This document shows positions 1-10,328 of a stretch of 64,000 nt of DNA, in pieces; position 1 is the first letter of the stretch, and the number at the start of each line of letters is the position of its first letter. The notes beneath the pieces were generated by a model that had not been told where the DNA came from, ran no database searches, and saw only the letters and a list, made by a program, of their open reading frames with translations. The DNA comes from an uncultured Gemmatimonadaceae bacterium (GTDB lineage Bacteria > Gemmatimonadota > Gemmatimonadetes > Gemmatimonadales > Gemmatimonadaceae). The position numbers were made by a program, and so were the translations under genes. The DNA lies in the NCBI GenBank assembly GCA_963822945.1, contig CAWGJO010000041.1:1-64000 (forward strand), read 5' to 3'.

Positions 1-1468
1 GGTTCCTGGATCTGCACGACCAGCACATCTACGCCTACAACGCGGCGTCGGGAAAAAGCACGCAGGTGGACGGCGGAATGAATTCGTCAACACCGACGAC
101 GACCACGCGTACCAGCGCCCATCTGGGGGCTGGCCGGGTGGTCGAGCGACGCCGGTACGTGCTCGTGTACGACAAGTACGACGTGTGGCGGTTGTCGCTG
201 GACGGCGACGCAAGCCGGTGGATCTCACGCGGGGCACGGAAAGGCGCAGCAGATCGAATCCGCGTCGTCCGGGTGGACCTGCCGGGGGGCGGCGGACGCG
301 GCGGGCGGGCGGCCGTGGCGGATCGCCGCCGGCCGCGCGTGGAGGACCACGGCATCGATCTCTCCAAACCGATGACCCTCTCCGCGTACGGCGAGTGGAC
401 CAAGAAGTCGGGCTACTGGACGTCCAGCCGGGCCAGGCGCCCGAGCCGTTGATCTACGAGGACAGATGTCGCCAGGTGTCGAAGGCCGAGGACGCTGACC
501 GCGTGATCTTCACCGAACAGACCTTCGCCAGTTCCCCGACTACTGGGTGAGCAGCACCGCGTTCCAGGCGCCGCGGCAAGTCACGGATGCCGATCCCTTC
601 CTGAAGGACTACGCGTGGGGGAGCAAGGTCCTCATCAACTTCACCAACAGCCGCGGCAAAGCTGCAGGGCACGCTCACCCTCCCGGGGGCTACCAGCCCG
701 GCAAGAAGTACCCGATGCTCGTGTACTTCTACGAGATCCTGTCGAACACGCATCACCAGTTCTCGATGCCGACGTTCGACGACCGCCCGCAGATGTCCAC
801 CTACGCGAGCAACGGATACCTGGTCTTCGAACCCGACGTGCGCTACCAGATCGGCGCGCCCGGCAGTCTCGGCGCTGGACTGCGTGACCAGTGGCGTGAA
901 GAAGGTGATCGAGATGGGCTACGCCGACCCTGCCCACATCGGACTGCAGGGGCACAGCTGGGGCGGCTACCAGTCCAGCTACATCCTCACCCAGACCAGC
1001 ATGTTCGCTGCCATCGTTACCGGCGCTCCGCCCACCGATCTCATCAGCTTCTACGACGAACTGTATCCGGGCACCGGCACCGTGCAGCAGGGCATCACCG
1101 AAGTCGGGCAGGTGCGCATGGGCGAGAACGTCACGCCCTGGAACCGCACCAAACTGTACGAGGAGCAGTCGGCCCTGTTCAACGTGCCCAAGATCACGAC
1201 CCCGTTCATGATCCTGCAGGGTACGGCCGACAACGCGGTGGATTGGCACCAGGGGCTCGAGCTGTACAATGCCGCCCGGCGCCTCGGCAAGAAGGTGATC
1301 TTCCTGTCGTATCCGGGCGAGCCGCACCATCTGTCGAAGAAGCCCAACCAGATCGATTTCCAGATCCGCATGAAGCAGTTCTTCGATCACTATCTGAAAG
1401 GGGCGCCGATGCCGGAGTGGATGAAGGACGGCGTGCCGCAGGTCGACAAGGGAGAACCCATTCGATGA
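1..1468 (+). CDS. S9 prolyl oligopeptidase family serine peptidase, copy 1 (5'-truncated by window; several apparent frameshifts)
   Basis: Pieces in different frames (LVYDKYDVW, LSAYGEWTKKSGY, PGKKYPMLVYFYE, GLQGHSWGGY, LQGTADNAV, YPGEPHHL) are colinear with the intact downstream paralog; GxSxG-D-H triad; stop TGA 1466-1468. Confidence 0.85.
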
Positions 1469-4386
1469 GTACGTCTACCTGGCGGCGCCCCGCCTCGCGC
1501 CATCTCGCGCTGGCCTTCGCCCTGGCCCTGATGCCCGCCGCGCACGCGGCGGCGCAGGATTCCGCGGCGGCGCACAAGCGGGCGCCCGACGGCAAGAAGG
1601 TGTTGACGCTGGCCGACTATCCGTCGTGGAAGCGCATCACGAATACGTCGATCAGCGACGACGGGAAATGGATGACCTACACGTACGCGCCGAACGAGGG
1701 CGACGATACGCTGTTCGTCAAGCAGCTCGACGGCGACAAGCTGTACCGCGTACCCGTGGGTGAAGCAGCGGGTGGCGGTCGCGGCGGCCGAGGCGGCGCC
1801 GGCGGTGGCAGCGTGCAGTTCTCCGACGACGCGCACTGGATCGGCTATTACGTGAACCCGCCGGCTCAGGCAGCCGAATCCCGTGGACGCGGCGCGGGAC
1901 GCGCTGGGCGCGGGGGGCGGGGCGGTGGCGCCAACGGTGCCGGGAACGGCGGCACCACACGGCACTTCGAACTGCTCGACCTGACCTCGGGCGCCAAGTT
2001 CGACGTCCCCAATCCGGCCGGCTTCCAGTTCGCCAGCGGATCGCGCTATCTGGCCATCAAGATCGCGCCGGCGCGCGGCGACACGTCGCACCGTGGCAGC
2101 GACCTCCTGCTCCGGCGGCTGGCGGACGGCGTGACCCAGAACATCGGCAACGTGAACGAGTACGACTTCGACACCGCCGGAAACCTGCTGGCCTACACCG
2201 TCGATGCGGCCGACCGGCTGGGCAACGGCGTGTACGTGATCGATCTCGGCAGCGGCGCCACGCGGGCGCTCGACAGCAAGCCCATGGAATACGACGGCCT
2301 GGCGTGGCGCGATTCGTCCACCAGTCTGGTGGCGCTGCGTGGCGAGAAGCCCAAGGACAAGGAACTGCGCGCGAACGTGCTCCTGGCCTGGCCCGACGCC
2401 GCCACCACGCAGCCGGCCGTGGAATGGGATCCCGCAAAGGACGCGACCTTCCCCAAGGATTTCGTGCTCAGCGAGTACGCCGCACCGCAGTGGAGCAAGG
2501 ACGGCGCGCGGTTGTTCGTCGGCATCAAGAAGCAGGCCGACGTGTTGCCCAAGAGCGAGGAGTCCAAGGCCGACGTGGACGTCTGGCACTACGACGACGT
2601 CGAACTCCAGTCGCAGCAGATGATCCAGATCAGCCGGCTGCGCCGCGCCACCCTGGCGTCGGCGTTCGACGTGGCGTCGCGGAAGTTCGTGCAACTGGCC
2701 GACACCAACATGGACAGCGTCACGCCCACGGCCGACGGCCGGTGGGCCATCGGGCGCGATGCCACGCCATACGACCATGACTTCTCGGAGGGCCAGCCTT
2801 CGCGTGCGGACTACTACCGCGTGAACACCACCACCGGCGCGCGCACGCTCATCGCCCGGCACCTGTTGCGCACCATGGGCACCTCGCCCGACGGCAACTG
2901 GTTCCTGTACCTGCGAGCCGGGCACGTGATGGGCTACGACCTCGCCACCGGCAGGACGGTGAACGTGGACGCCGCCACCGGGCACAGCTTCATCGACACC
3001 GACGACGATCACGCCGCGGAGAAGCCGATCTGGGGCGTGGCCGGCTGGTCGAAGGACGGGACGTCGGTGCTGCTCTACGACAAGTACGACGTCTGGTCGC
3101 TGCCGCTCGACGGCGCAAAGGGCCGGGATCTCACGGGCGGCGCCGGTGCCGCGGGGCAGATTCAACTGCGGCTCGCGCACCTGGAGGGCGGCGGCCGGGG
3201 AGGACGCGGCGGCTTCGGCTTCGGCGGCGGCCCCGCCGAAGCGGTGGACCTCTCGAAGCCGCAGACGCTCACCGCGTACGGCGAGTGGACCAAGAAGTCC
3301 GGTTACTACCAGATGCCGGCCGGAGGCGGCAGGGCCACCCCGCTCATCTACGAGGACAAGATGATCGGCCAGGCGGAGAAGGCGAAGCACGCCGACCGGG
3401 TGATCTTCACCGAGCAGACGTTCCGGGAGTTTCCGGACTACTGGGTGAGCGACGCGAAGTTCTCGTCCCCCCGGCAGGTGACCGACGCCGATCCCCAGAT
3501 CTCGGAGTACGCCTGGGGCCGGCGCGTGCTCGTGAACTTCACCAACAGCCGCGGGAAGAAACTGCAGGGCACGCTCACCCTGCCCGCCGACTATCAGCCG
3601 GGCAAGAAGTACCCGATGATCGTGTACATCTACGAGATCCTGTCCAACACGCACCATCAGTTCTCGATGCCGGTGTACGACGACCGGCCGCACATGAGCG
3701 AGTACGCGAGCGACGGGTACCTGGTGTTCTCGCCGGACATCGTGTACGAGATCGGCAAGCCGGGCTCGTCGGCGCTCGACTGCGTGACGGCGGGGGTGAA
3801 GAAGGTCATCGACCTCGGCTACGCCGACCCCAAGCACATCGGTCTGCAGGGGCACAGCTGGGGTGGATACGAGTCGTCGTTCATCCTCACCCAGACCAAC
3901 ATGTTCGCCGCGGTGGTCACCGGCGCGCCGCTCACCGACCTGATCAGCATGTACGGCGAGCTGTACAAGCAGAGCGGGGCGTGGAACGGCGGGATCCTCG
4001 AGACGAGCCAGGGGCGCATGGGCGCGAATGTCACGCCCTGGAACGCGACGAAGCTCTACGAGAGCCAGTCGCCGGTGTTCAACGTGACCAGAATCCAGAC
4101 GCCGTTCATGATCCTCCAGGGCACCGCCGACGGCGCCGTGGATTGGGATCAGGGGCTGGAGTTCTACAACGCGGCCCGGCGCAACGGAAAGAAGGTCATC
4201 TGGGTGTCGTACCCGGGCGAGCCGCACCATCTCTCGAAGAAGCCCAACCAGATCGACTTCCAGATCCGCATGAAGCAGTTCTTCGATCACTACCTCAAGG
4301 GAGCGCCGGCGCCGAGCTGGATGAAGTACGGCGTGCCGCAGGTGGACAAGGCAAAGGCCACGGCCGCCGAGGACCACGTGCGTTGA
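1465..4386 (+). CDS. Exported S9 prolyl oligopeptidase family peptidase, copy 2 (beta-propeller plus alpha/beta hydrolase)
   Basis: True start is ATG 1465 (ATGA overlap with upstream stop), within ORF 547..4386; signal peptide ending AHAAA-Q; GHSWGG, GTADGAV, GEPHH. Confidence 0.9.
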   Translation: MSTSTWRRPASRHLALAFALALMPAAHAAAQDSAAAHKRAPDGKKVLTLADYPSWKRITNTSISDDGKWMTYTYAPNEGDDTLFVKQLDGDKLYRVPVGEAAGGGRGGRGGAGGGSVQFSDDAHWIGYYVNPPAQAAESRGRGAGRAGRGGRGGGANGAGNGGTTRHFELLDLTSGAKFDVPNPAGFQFASGSRYLAIKIAPARGDTSHRGSDLLLRRLADGVTQNIGNVNEYDFDTAGNLLAYTVDAADRLGNGVYVIDLGSGATRALDSKPMEYDGLAWRDSSTSLVALRGEKPKDKELRANVLLAWPDAATTQPAVEWDPAKDATFPKDFVLSEYAAPQWSKDGARLFVGIKKQADVLPKSEESKADVDVWHYDDVELQSQQMIQISRLRRATLASAFDVASRKFVQLADTNMDSVTPTADGRWAIGRDATPYDHDFSEGQPSRADYYRVNTTTGARTLIARHLLRTMGTSPDGNWFLYLRAGHVMGYDLATGRTVNVDAATGHSFIDTDDDHAAEKPIWGVAGWSKDGTSVLLYDKYDVWSLPLDGAKGRDLTGGAGAAGQIQLRLAHLEGGGRGGRGGFGFGGGPAEAVDLSKPQTLTAYGEWTKKSGYYQMPAGGGRATPLIYEDKMIGQAEKAKHADRVIFTEQTFREFPDYWVSDAKFSSPRQVTDADPQISEYAWGRRVLVNFTNSRGKKLQGTLTLPADYQPGKKYPMIVYIYEILSNTHHQFSMPVYDDRPHMSEYASDGYLVFSPDIVYEIGKPGSSALDCVTAGVKKVIDLGYADPKHIGLQGHSWGGYESSFILTQTNMFAAVVTGAPLTDLISMYGELYKQSGAWNGGILETSQGRMGANVTPWNATKLYESQSPVFNVTRIQTPFMILQGTADGAVDWDQGLEFYNAARRNGKKVIWVSYPGEPHHLSKKPNQIDFQIRMKQFFDHYLKGAPAPSWMKYGVPQVDKAKATAAEDHVR

Positions 4387-4590
4387 TGGCGTGAGGCCGA
4401 ACGCCGGCCGCTCCGGTGGGCGGTTCCCCATGTCCTGATCCGTTCGACATGGGGAACCCCGCTGCCCGGGCGGCCACCGCCAGCAGTTTTCCTTCCCCTT
4501 CCGTAGTTCTCACGGTACGACCCGGACCCTCCGGCTCTCGATCCCGCTTCCCTCGCCGCCCCCCGGCAGCCCCTCTCTCCTCCCGGCCCC

Positions 4591-7500
4591 ATGCAGATAT
4601 CTCGGTTCCGTTCCCTCGCGACACTCACCGCGTTCGCGGTGTCGCTCGGTCCGGTCGCGCCTTCCGCGCTGACCGCTCAGCGCGCTGCCGCCCTGCCCAC
4701 TCACGTCGATACCGCCTACTTCGGCAGTGTGAAGTGGCGCAACATCGGCCCCAACAGCGCCGGCCGCATGGTGGCCGTCGCCGGCTCCGCCGCCCGGCCC
4801 GACGAGTACTACATGGGCACCACCGGCGGTGGCGTCTGGAAGACCACCGACGGCGGCAAGACCGCCGAGCCGGTGAGCGACGGCTACTTCGGCGGATCCA
4901 TCGGCGCCATCGCCGTGAGCGAGAGCAATCCCGACATCGTGTACGTGGGCGGCGGTGAGACGCCGATCCGCGGCAACGTCTCATACGGCGACGGTGTTTG
5001 GAAGACCACCGACGGCGGCAAGACCTGGCAGCACATGGGGCTCGAGGCCACGCAGCAGATCGGGCGCATCCGCATCGACCCGCGCAACAACGACGTGGTC
5101 TACGTCGCCGCGCTCGGCCACGTCTGGGGCCCGAACCCCGAACGCGGCGTGTTCAAGACCACCGACGGCGGGAAGACGTGGAAGAAGATCCTCTTCCGCA
5201 ACGATTCCACCGGCGCCATCGACCTGGTGATGGACCCGAGCAACCCGGACGTGCTCTACGCCTCACTCTGGCAGGCGGGGCGGAAGCCCTGGCTGCTGAT
5301 CAGCGGCGGCGCCGGCAGCGGCATCTTCAAGACCACCGACGGCGGCGACCACTGGACCGAGATCACGCGCAATCCGGGGCTGCCCAGTGGCGTGATCGGC
5401 AACATCGGGCTCGCGGTGTCGCCCGTGAAGCCGAGCCGCGTGTGGGCGCTCATCGAGAACGAACCCAAGGGCGGCGTCTACCGGTCGGATGACGGCGGCG
5501 CCACCTGGCAGTACCTGAACGACAGCCGCGACCTGCGGCAGCGGGCGTGGTACTTCTCGATGCTGTTCGCCGACACGCAGGACAGCAACACCGTCTATGC
5601 GCCGAACGTCGGTCCCGAGTGGTCGCAGGACGGCGGCAAGACGTTCAAGCGCTCGTTCGGCGGCGGCGACAACCACGTGATGTGGATCGCGCCCAACGAC
5701 GACAAGCGGATGATCGTGGGCCATGACAACGGCGCCATCATCACCACCGACGGCGGCAAGACCAGCACGCGCGTGGCCATTCCCACCGGGCAGTTCTACC
5801 ACGTCTACCTGACCAACCACTTCCCGTACCACGTCTGCGGCGCCAAGCAGGACGCCGGATCTTCGTGCGGGCCGGTGCGTGAAGAGGGCGGACGCGGACG
5901 CGGATTCGGCGGCCGTGGTCGCGGGGGCGCCGAGGCGTCTCCGTACTCCACGTTCTACGGCATCGCCGGCGGCGAGTCCGGCTACGTGGCCGGCGATCCG
6001 CTCGATCCCGACATCACCTACGGCGGCAACTACAGCGGCGTGCTGGAGAAGATGGACCACGCCACCGGCATGAGCGTGCGCCTCGATCCGTGGCCGCTCA
6101 ACCCGATGGGCCACAGCGCCGAGGATTCGAAGTACCGCTTCCAGTGGACGTACCCGATCATGAACTCGCCCCACAACCCGCACGTGCTGTACGTGGGGTC
6201 GAACGTGCTGTTCAAGTCGTCGGACGACGGTGCCACATGGAAGGTGATCTCTCCGGACCTCACGCGGCACGATCCGGCCACGCTCGGTCCCTCGGGCGGA
6301 CCGATCACCAAGGACCAGACGTCCATCGAGTACTACGGCACCATCTTCGCCGTGCAGGAGTCGCCGATCACGCCGGGGCTCATCTGGACCGGGTCGGACG
6401 ACGGGCTCATCTACCTCACGCGCGATGGCGGCCAGCACTGGACCAACGTCACGCCCAAGGGGCTGCCCAAGTGGACGCGCATCTCGATCATCGACCCGTC
6501 GCCGCACGCGCCGGGCACGGCGTGGGTGGCCGCCAACCGCTATCAGATGGACGACTACGCGCCGTACCTCTACAAGACCACCGACTACGGACACACCTGG
6601 ACCAAGATCGTCAACGGGCTCCCGGGCGACGTGTACACCCGGTCGATCCGCGAAGATCTGGTTCGGCCGAACATGCTCTATGCATCGACGGAGCGTGGGA
6701 TGTGGTTGTCGTACGACGCCGGCGCGCACTGGCAGAGCCTGCAGCGCAACCTGCCGCCGGTTCCCGTGCACGATATCGCGCTCCGCGATGACGACATCGT
6801 GATCGCCACGCACGGCCGCGCGTTCTGGGTCATGGAGGGCATCTCGCAGCTGCGTCAGGCGCCCGAGGCCGAAGCGGCGGCGGGTCATGACTTCCTCTAC
6901 AAGCCGGGCACCACGTATCAGGGCACCACGGTGGACGTGGACTATCGCCTCGCGCAGGCCGGCGGGCCGGTGACGGTCGAGTTCCTGGAGCAGAACGGGA
7001 AGGTCATCAAGAAGTTCAGCTCCACCGATTCGGTGCCCGAAGGCCGCGGTGGCCGCGGCGGACGGCGGGGCGGCTTCGGCGCGCCGGCGCGCGTGACCGA
7101 CCGCGCGGGGCTCAACCACTACACGTGGAACATGCGCTACGACGATGCGTCGAGCTTCCAGGGGATGCTGCTCTGGTCGGGCGGCGTCACCGGTCCCGAC
7201 GCGGCGCCGGGCACGTACACCGTGCGCGTCACCGTGGGCAACGCGACGCCGATGTCGCGCACCTTCACGGTGAAGAAGGACCCCCGCACCAGGGCCACCG
7301 ACGCCGATCTCGTGGAGCAGCACAACTTCGCCATCCGCGTACGCGACCGGTTGACCGCGGCCAACGACGGCGTCAAGCGCATCCGCAGCGTGAAGCGCCA
7401 GCTCGACGAGCGCGCGCCGGCCATGAAGGACGACGCGGCGTTCGGCAGATTGGCAAAGACCTTTGCCGACAGCCTGAGCGGAGTGGAGGACTCGCTCTAC

Positions 7501-7791
7501 CAGACCAAGAACAAGAGCGGGGAGGACCCACTCAACTTCCCGGTGCGGCTCAACGATCAGTTGGCCGGGCTCATGGGCTTCATCGAGAACGGCGAGCGGC
7601 GTCCTCCGCCGCAGGCCTACCAGGTGTACAACACGCTGAACCCGCTGCTGCAGGTGCAACTCACACGGCTCGACAAGGTGATGAAGCTGTACCTGGACCG
7701 CGTGAACGCCGCGCTGAAGGCGGCGGGGCAGGCACCGGTGGTGCCGACTACCGATGAGCCGCCGGCAACGGGAGACGAAGGGATCTCGTAA
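4591..7791 (+). CDS. Exported BNR/Asp-box (VPS10/sortilin-like) beta-propeller protein, putative glycosyl hydrolase
   Basis: Signal peptide; WRNIGP..GR start motif; many WKTTDGGKTW / YRSDDGGATW Asp-boxes; C-terminal PGTYTVRVTV and helical tail. Confidence 0.85.
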   Translation: MQISRFRSLATLTAFAVSLGPVAPSALTAQRAAALPTHVDTAYFGSVKWRNIGPNSAGRMVAVAGSAARPDEYYMGTTGGGVWKTTDGGKTAEPVSDGYFGGSIGAIAVSESNPDIVYVGGGETPIRGNVSYGDGVWKTTDGGKTWQHMGLEATQQIGRIRIDPRNNDVVYVAALGHVWGPNPERGVFKTTDGGKTWKKILFRNDSTGAIDLVMDPSNPDVLYASLWQAGRKPWLLISGGAGSGIFKTTDGGDHWTEITRNPGLPSGVIGNIGLAVSPVKPSRVWALIENEPKGGVYRSDDGGATWQYLNDSRDLRQRAWYFSMLFADTQDSNTVYAPNVGPEWSQDGGKTFKRSFGGGDNHVMWIAPNDDKRMIVGHDNGAIITTDGGKTSTRVAIPTGQFYHVYLTNHFPYHVCGAKQDAGSSCGPVREEGGRGRGFGGRGRGGAEASPYSTFYGIAGGESGYVAGDPLDPDITYGGNYSGVLEKMDHATGMSVRLDPWPLNPMGHSAEDSKYRFQWTYPIMNSPHNPHVLYVGSNVLFKSSDDGATWKVISPDLTRHDPATLGPSGGPITKDQTSIEYYGTIFAVQESPITPGLIWTGSDDGLIYLTRDGGQHWTNVTPKGLPKWTRISIIDPSPHAPGTAWVAANRYQMDDYAPYLYKTTDYGHTWTKIVNGLPGDVYTRSIREDLVRPNMLYASTERGMWLSYDAGAHWQSLQRNLPPVPVHDIALRDDDIVIATHGRAFWVMEGISQLRQAPEAEAAAGHDFLYKPGTTYQGTTVDVDYRLAQAGGPVTVEFLEQNGKVIKKFSSTDSVPEGRGGRGGRRGGFGAPARVTDRAGLNHYTWNMRYDDASSFQGMLLWSGGVTGPDAAPGTYTVRVTVGNATPMSRTFTVKKDPRTRATDADLVEQHNFAIRVRDRLTAANDGVKRIRSVKRQLDERAPAMKDDAAFGRLAKTFADSLSGVEDSLYQTKNKSGEDPLNFPVRLNDQLAGLMGFIENGERRPPPQAYQVYNTLNPLLQVQLTRLDKVMKLYLDRVNAALKAAGQAPVVPTTDEPPATGDEGIS

Positions 7792-7793
7792 CT

Positions 7794-7905
7794 GCGGTAG
7801 GTCGGTAGGTAGTCGGTAGGTCGGTAGGTCGGTAGGTCGGTAGAACGGCGGCTTGCGTTCGTAGTTTTACCGACCTACCGACCTACCCTTTTACCGACCT
7901 ACCGC
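7794..7905. repeat. Inverted pair of 8-bp tandem arrays (GTCGGTAG)n ... (CTACCGAC)n; probable bidirectional terminator/stabiliser
   Basis: About 6 GTCGGTAG-like units at 7794-7843 and reverse-complement units at 7868-7905, between convergent genes. Confidence 0.85.
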
Positions 7906-8748
7906 TTCAAGCAGCACCGTCCCCGAGATCCGCCGCGTCTGCTCGCGTTGTTCCGCGGAATTGAATCGCCCCAGGAACCGCCAGAGCCAGGCCATCGTCA
8001 TTTCGCGGTGCAGGCGGTGGGCTTCCTCCATCGACGATCGGAACTCAACTTCCCGCCACCCGAAGGGCTCGAAGAACTTCGTACTCTCCGCCGGCCCGAA
8101 CTTGAACGGCGCGTTGCCCTCGGCCGCCGCCTTGCCCCACGACTTCGTCATGTAATTCAGCAACCATGGGTTCGCGATGTCGATGAGCCAGTAGGCGAAG
8201 CTCGGTTGCCGGCGGAGGTCCCGTGCCAGCGCCCCCACCTGCTCGGCGCTCAGATAGATGAGCAACCCCTCGCTGACCACCAGCGCCCGCTTGGACTCGG
8301 CGCCGAGCCGGTCGAACAGCGCCCGCCGCGCCGCGTCGTCCGTGAGGTCGGTGGGGATCGCCTCGTAGCGACAGCGGGGCGTCTCGTCCCGGAGCGCGTC
8401 GGTCTTGTAGGCGAGAATCGCGGGCAGGTCGACGTCCACCCAGTGCAAGTCGCGCGGCAGCTCCATGCGCCAGGCGCGGGTATCGAGCCCGGCCGCCAGG
8501 TTCACGACCGTGTCGATGCCTCGGGACGCGACCGCGTGGGCGATGATCTCGTCGAAGAGCACCGTGCGGACGATCATCGCCCAGGCACTGGCCCGGCCCC
8601 GCTTCATCGTGCGCACGATTTCCTCGCCGCGCTCGCCGGCCAGCGCGCGCGCGAACGGATCGCGGAAGATGGCGTCCGGTCGCTCGGATTCCATGGCGCG
8701 GTAGACGGCGACCCATCGCGCGGTGTCCGAAATGTGTTCGATCGGCAT
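7891..8748 (-). CDS. Class I SAM-dependent methyltransferase (LCM/YktD-like O-methyltransferase family)
   Basis: DTARWVAVYRA, FRDPFARALAG, VVNLAAGLDTRAWR, DVDLP, VSEGLLIYL motifs. Confidence 0.85.
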   Translation of the reverse strand: MPIEHISDTARWVAVYRAMESERPDAIFRDPFARALAGERGEEIVRTMKRGRASAWAMIVRTVLFDEIIAHAVASRGIDTVVNLAAGLDTRAWRMELPRDLHWVDVDLPAILAYKTDALRDETPRCRYEAIPTDLTDDAARRALFDRLGAESKRALVVSEGLLIYLSAEQVGALARDLRRQPSFAYWLIDIANPWLLNYMTKSWGKAAAEGNAPFKFGPAESTKFFEPFGWREVEFRSSMEEAHRLHREMTMAWLWRFLGRFNSAEQREQTRRISGTVLLEAVGR

Positions 8749-8934
8749 GAAGCCTCAGGGGGTTCGGGAAACGGGAAAGCGGACGCTGGCTCGCGACGCC
8801 AGCGGTAACTGGTTCGTACTCGGATGGTTAGTCACGGGGAGGCGACGAACGAATGTATGGAATTTGCCTGTCGTCGACAGCCGGCCTTGCGTCCGATTTC
8901 GGTCCGGTTCATGTGTTAGACATCGGGAGGCGGG

Positions 8935-10134
8935 GTGCCGAAACTGCACTCGAAGGATCTTGTTCGCTGGCGGGGCGCGATCGCCGGCCTTGCGGCGGCT
9001 CTGGTGGTGGTGTGGGCCGTTCCGGCCGCAGGCCAGCGCGGGCGTGCGGCGCCGGTTGTGCAGCGCGACACCCAGCCCACCGGCACCATTACCGGGACGG
9101 TTCGGGACAGCACGGGAGTTCCGGTGGGTGGCGCACGTGTGGAGGCTGGTCCCAAGCACATTTCGGTTACCGATTCCGACGGGGCGTTCACGCTGCGTGG
9201 GGTGCCACGGGGGCCGGTGGCGCTTTCGGTGCGGCGCATCGGATTCGAGCCGGCGAACTCCATGTGGGACTTGGGGAGCATCCCACTCTCGCTCGACCTG
9301 CGGATCCACGCCTTCCCGCAGGTTCTACCAACCGTATATGCGAAGGCGCGGCACGAGCCGTACGATTCTCGTCTCGCGGGCTTCTATAGGCGGCGGGCGG
9401 CGAAGCTGGGCTACTACATCACCAGGGGAGAGATCGATTCGCTCGGGACGTTCAGGATGACCGACGTTCTGGAGCGCATCCCGGGCGTGCGGAAGTACAC
9501 GATGAATGGCGCACTGGGCACCTCGGTGACGATGGCCGGTTCGCGCTGCCCCCCGCTGGTGATGGTGGACGGTTTCCCCGCCTCGCTGGGACGCTTCGAC
9601 CTGAACATGATCGATCTCACCACCGTCGAGGGGATCGAGGTGTACCTGCACGGTTCGTCGGTGCCCGCGGCCCTCGCCGGGTCGTACGGCATGGAGAACT
9701 GCGGGCTGATCGCCATCTGGTCCCGTCCGATGCGGCCCACCGTGCGCGCCAACCAGGCGCTGCCCAAGCATCGCCTGGACCTCGATTCACTGCTCCGGTC
9801 GAACCGGGTCTTCACGGCGGCGTCGGTGGACGAGCCAGCGGCCTACAGGGAGGGAACGGCGGTTCCGGCATATCCCGATTCCCTGTATCGGGCGCAGGTG
9901 TCGGGGCATGTGGTGGCGCGGTTCGTGGTCGACACGATGGGAGCGGTCGACGGGCAAACCGTCAAGATCGTCTCGGCCACCCTGCCCCCGTTCGCGGCTT
10001 CCGTGGAGCAGGCCCTGCGCCGAGCGGTGTTCTCGCCGGCGCGCGTTGGCGGCCGTGCCGTACCGCAGCTGGTGGAGATGCCGTTCGACTTCAAGCCGAG
10101 TCAGGCGGACTCCGTTCCCGCTCCGGGGCACTAG
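8935..10134 (+). CDS. Exported carboxypeptidase-regulatory-like + TonB-plug-like + TonB C-terminal domain protein
   Basis: Signal peptide; GTITGTVRDSTGVPVGGARV (CarboxypepD_reg); DVLERIPGV..VMVDG..VEGIEVY (plug-like); PAYP..GHVVARFVVDTMG..FSPARVGGRAV..MPFDF (TonB_C); GTG start uncertain. Confidence 0.7.
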   Translation: MPKLHSKDLVRWRGAIAGLAAALVVVWAVPAAGQRGRAAPVVQRDTQPTGTITGTVRDSTGVPVGGARVEAGPKHISVTDSDGAFTLRGVPRGPVALSVRRIGFEPANSMWDLGSIPLSLDLRIHAFPQVLPTVYAKARHEPYDSRLAGFYRRRAAKLGYYITRGEIDSLGTFRMTDVLERIPGVRKYTMNGALGTSVTMAGSRCPPLVMVDGFPASLGRFDLNMIDLTTVEGIEVYLHGSSVPAALAGSYGMENCGLIAIWSRPMRPTVRANQALPKHRLDLDSLLRSNRVFTAASVDEPAAYREGTAVPAYPDSLYRAQVSGHVVARFVVDTMGAVDGQTVKIVSATLPPFAASVEQALRRAVFSPARVGGRAVPQLVEMPFDFKPSQADSVPAPGH

Positions 10135-10299
10135 CTGGACGCTGCCGGCGCAGCGTTTGGAAGCGGGGCCGCGGCGCGGTCGGTCATAAGGACCGAATCG
10201 CCAAAGAGCCTGTTCATGCATGCCGCACGCCTGGGGTCATGAGGCGGGCATTTTGTGACCATCCGGCCTCGTTCCACGGTTAGGAAGTCAACTAGACCC

Positions 10300-10328
10300 T
10301 TGCGACCGAGTGGTCCGGACCTCAAGAT
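10300..10328 (+). promoter_or_regulatory. Putative sigma70-type promoter for susCD
   Basis: TTGCGA-17 bp-CAAGAT in the 360-bp gap upstream of susC. Confidence 0.3.

Noticed and set aside
1..900. Multiple frameshifts in S9 copy 1 as pseudogene or recoding
   Set aside because: Single-base indels without in-frame decay, clustered at the window end like those in the ABC gene; best explained as read errors (needs read check)
547..1464. 1279-aa ORF as one fused peptidase
   Set aside because: The front part is a frameshifted piece of copy 1; copy 2 starts at ATG 1465 with its own signal peptide
1465..1560. Tat signals from RR pairs in several signal peptides
   Set aside because: They lack a convincing S/T-R-R-x-F-L consensus; Arg-rich n-regions are expected at high GC
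4836..5350. Repeated AAGACCACCGACGGCGG as CRISPR or DNA repeat
   Set aside because: In-frame Asp-box (KTTDGG) codons with irregular spacing
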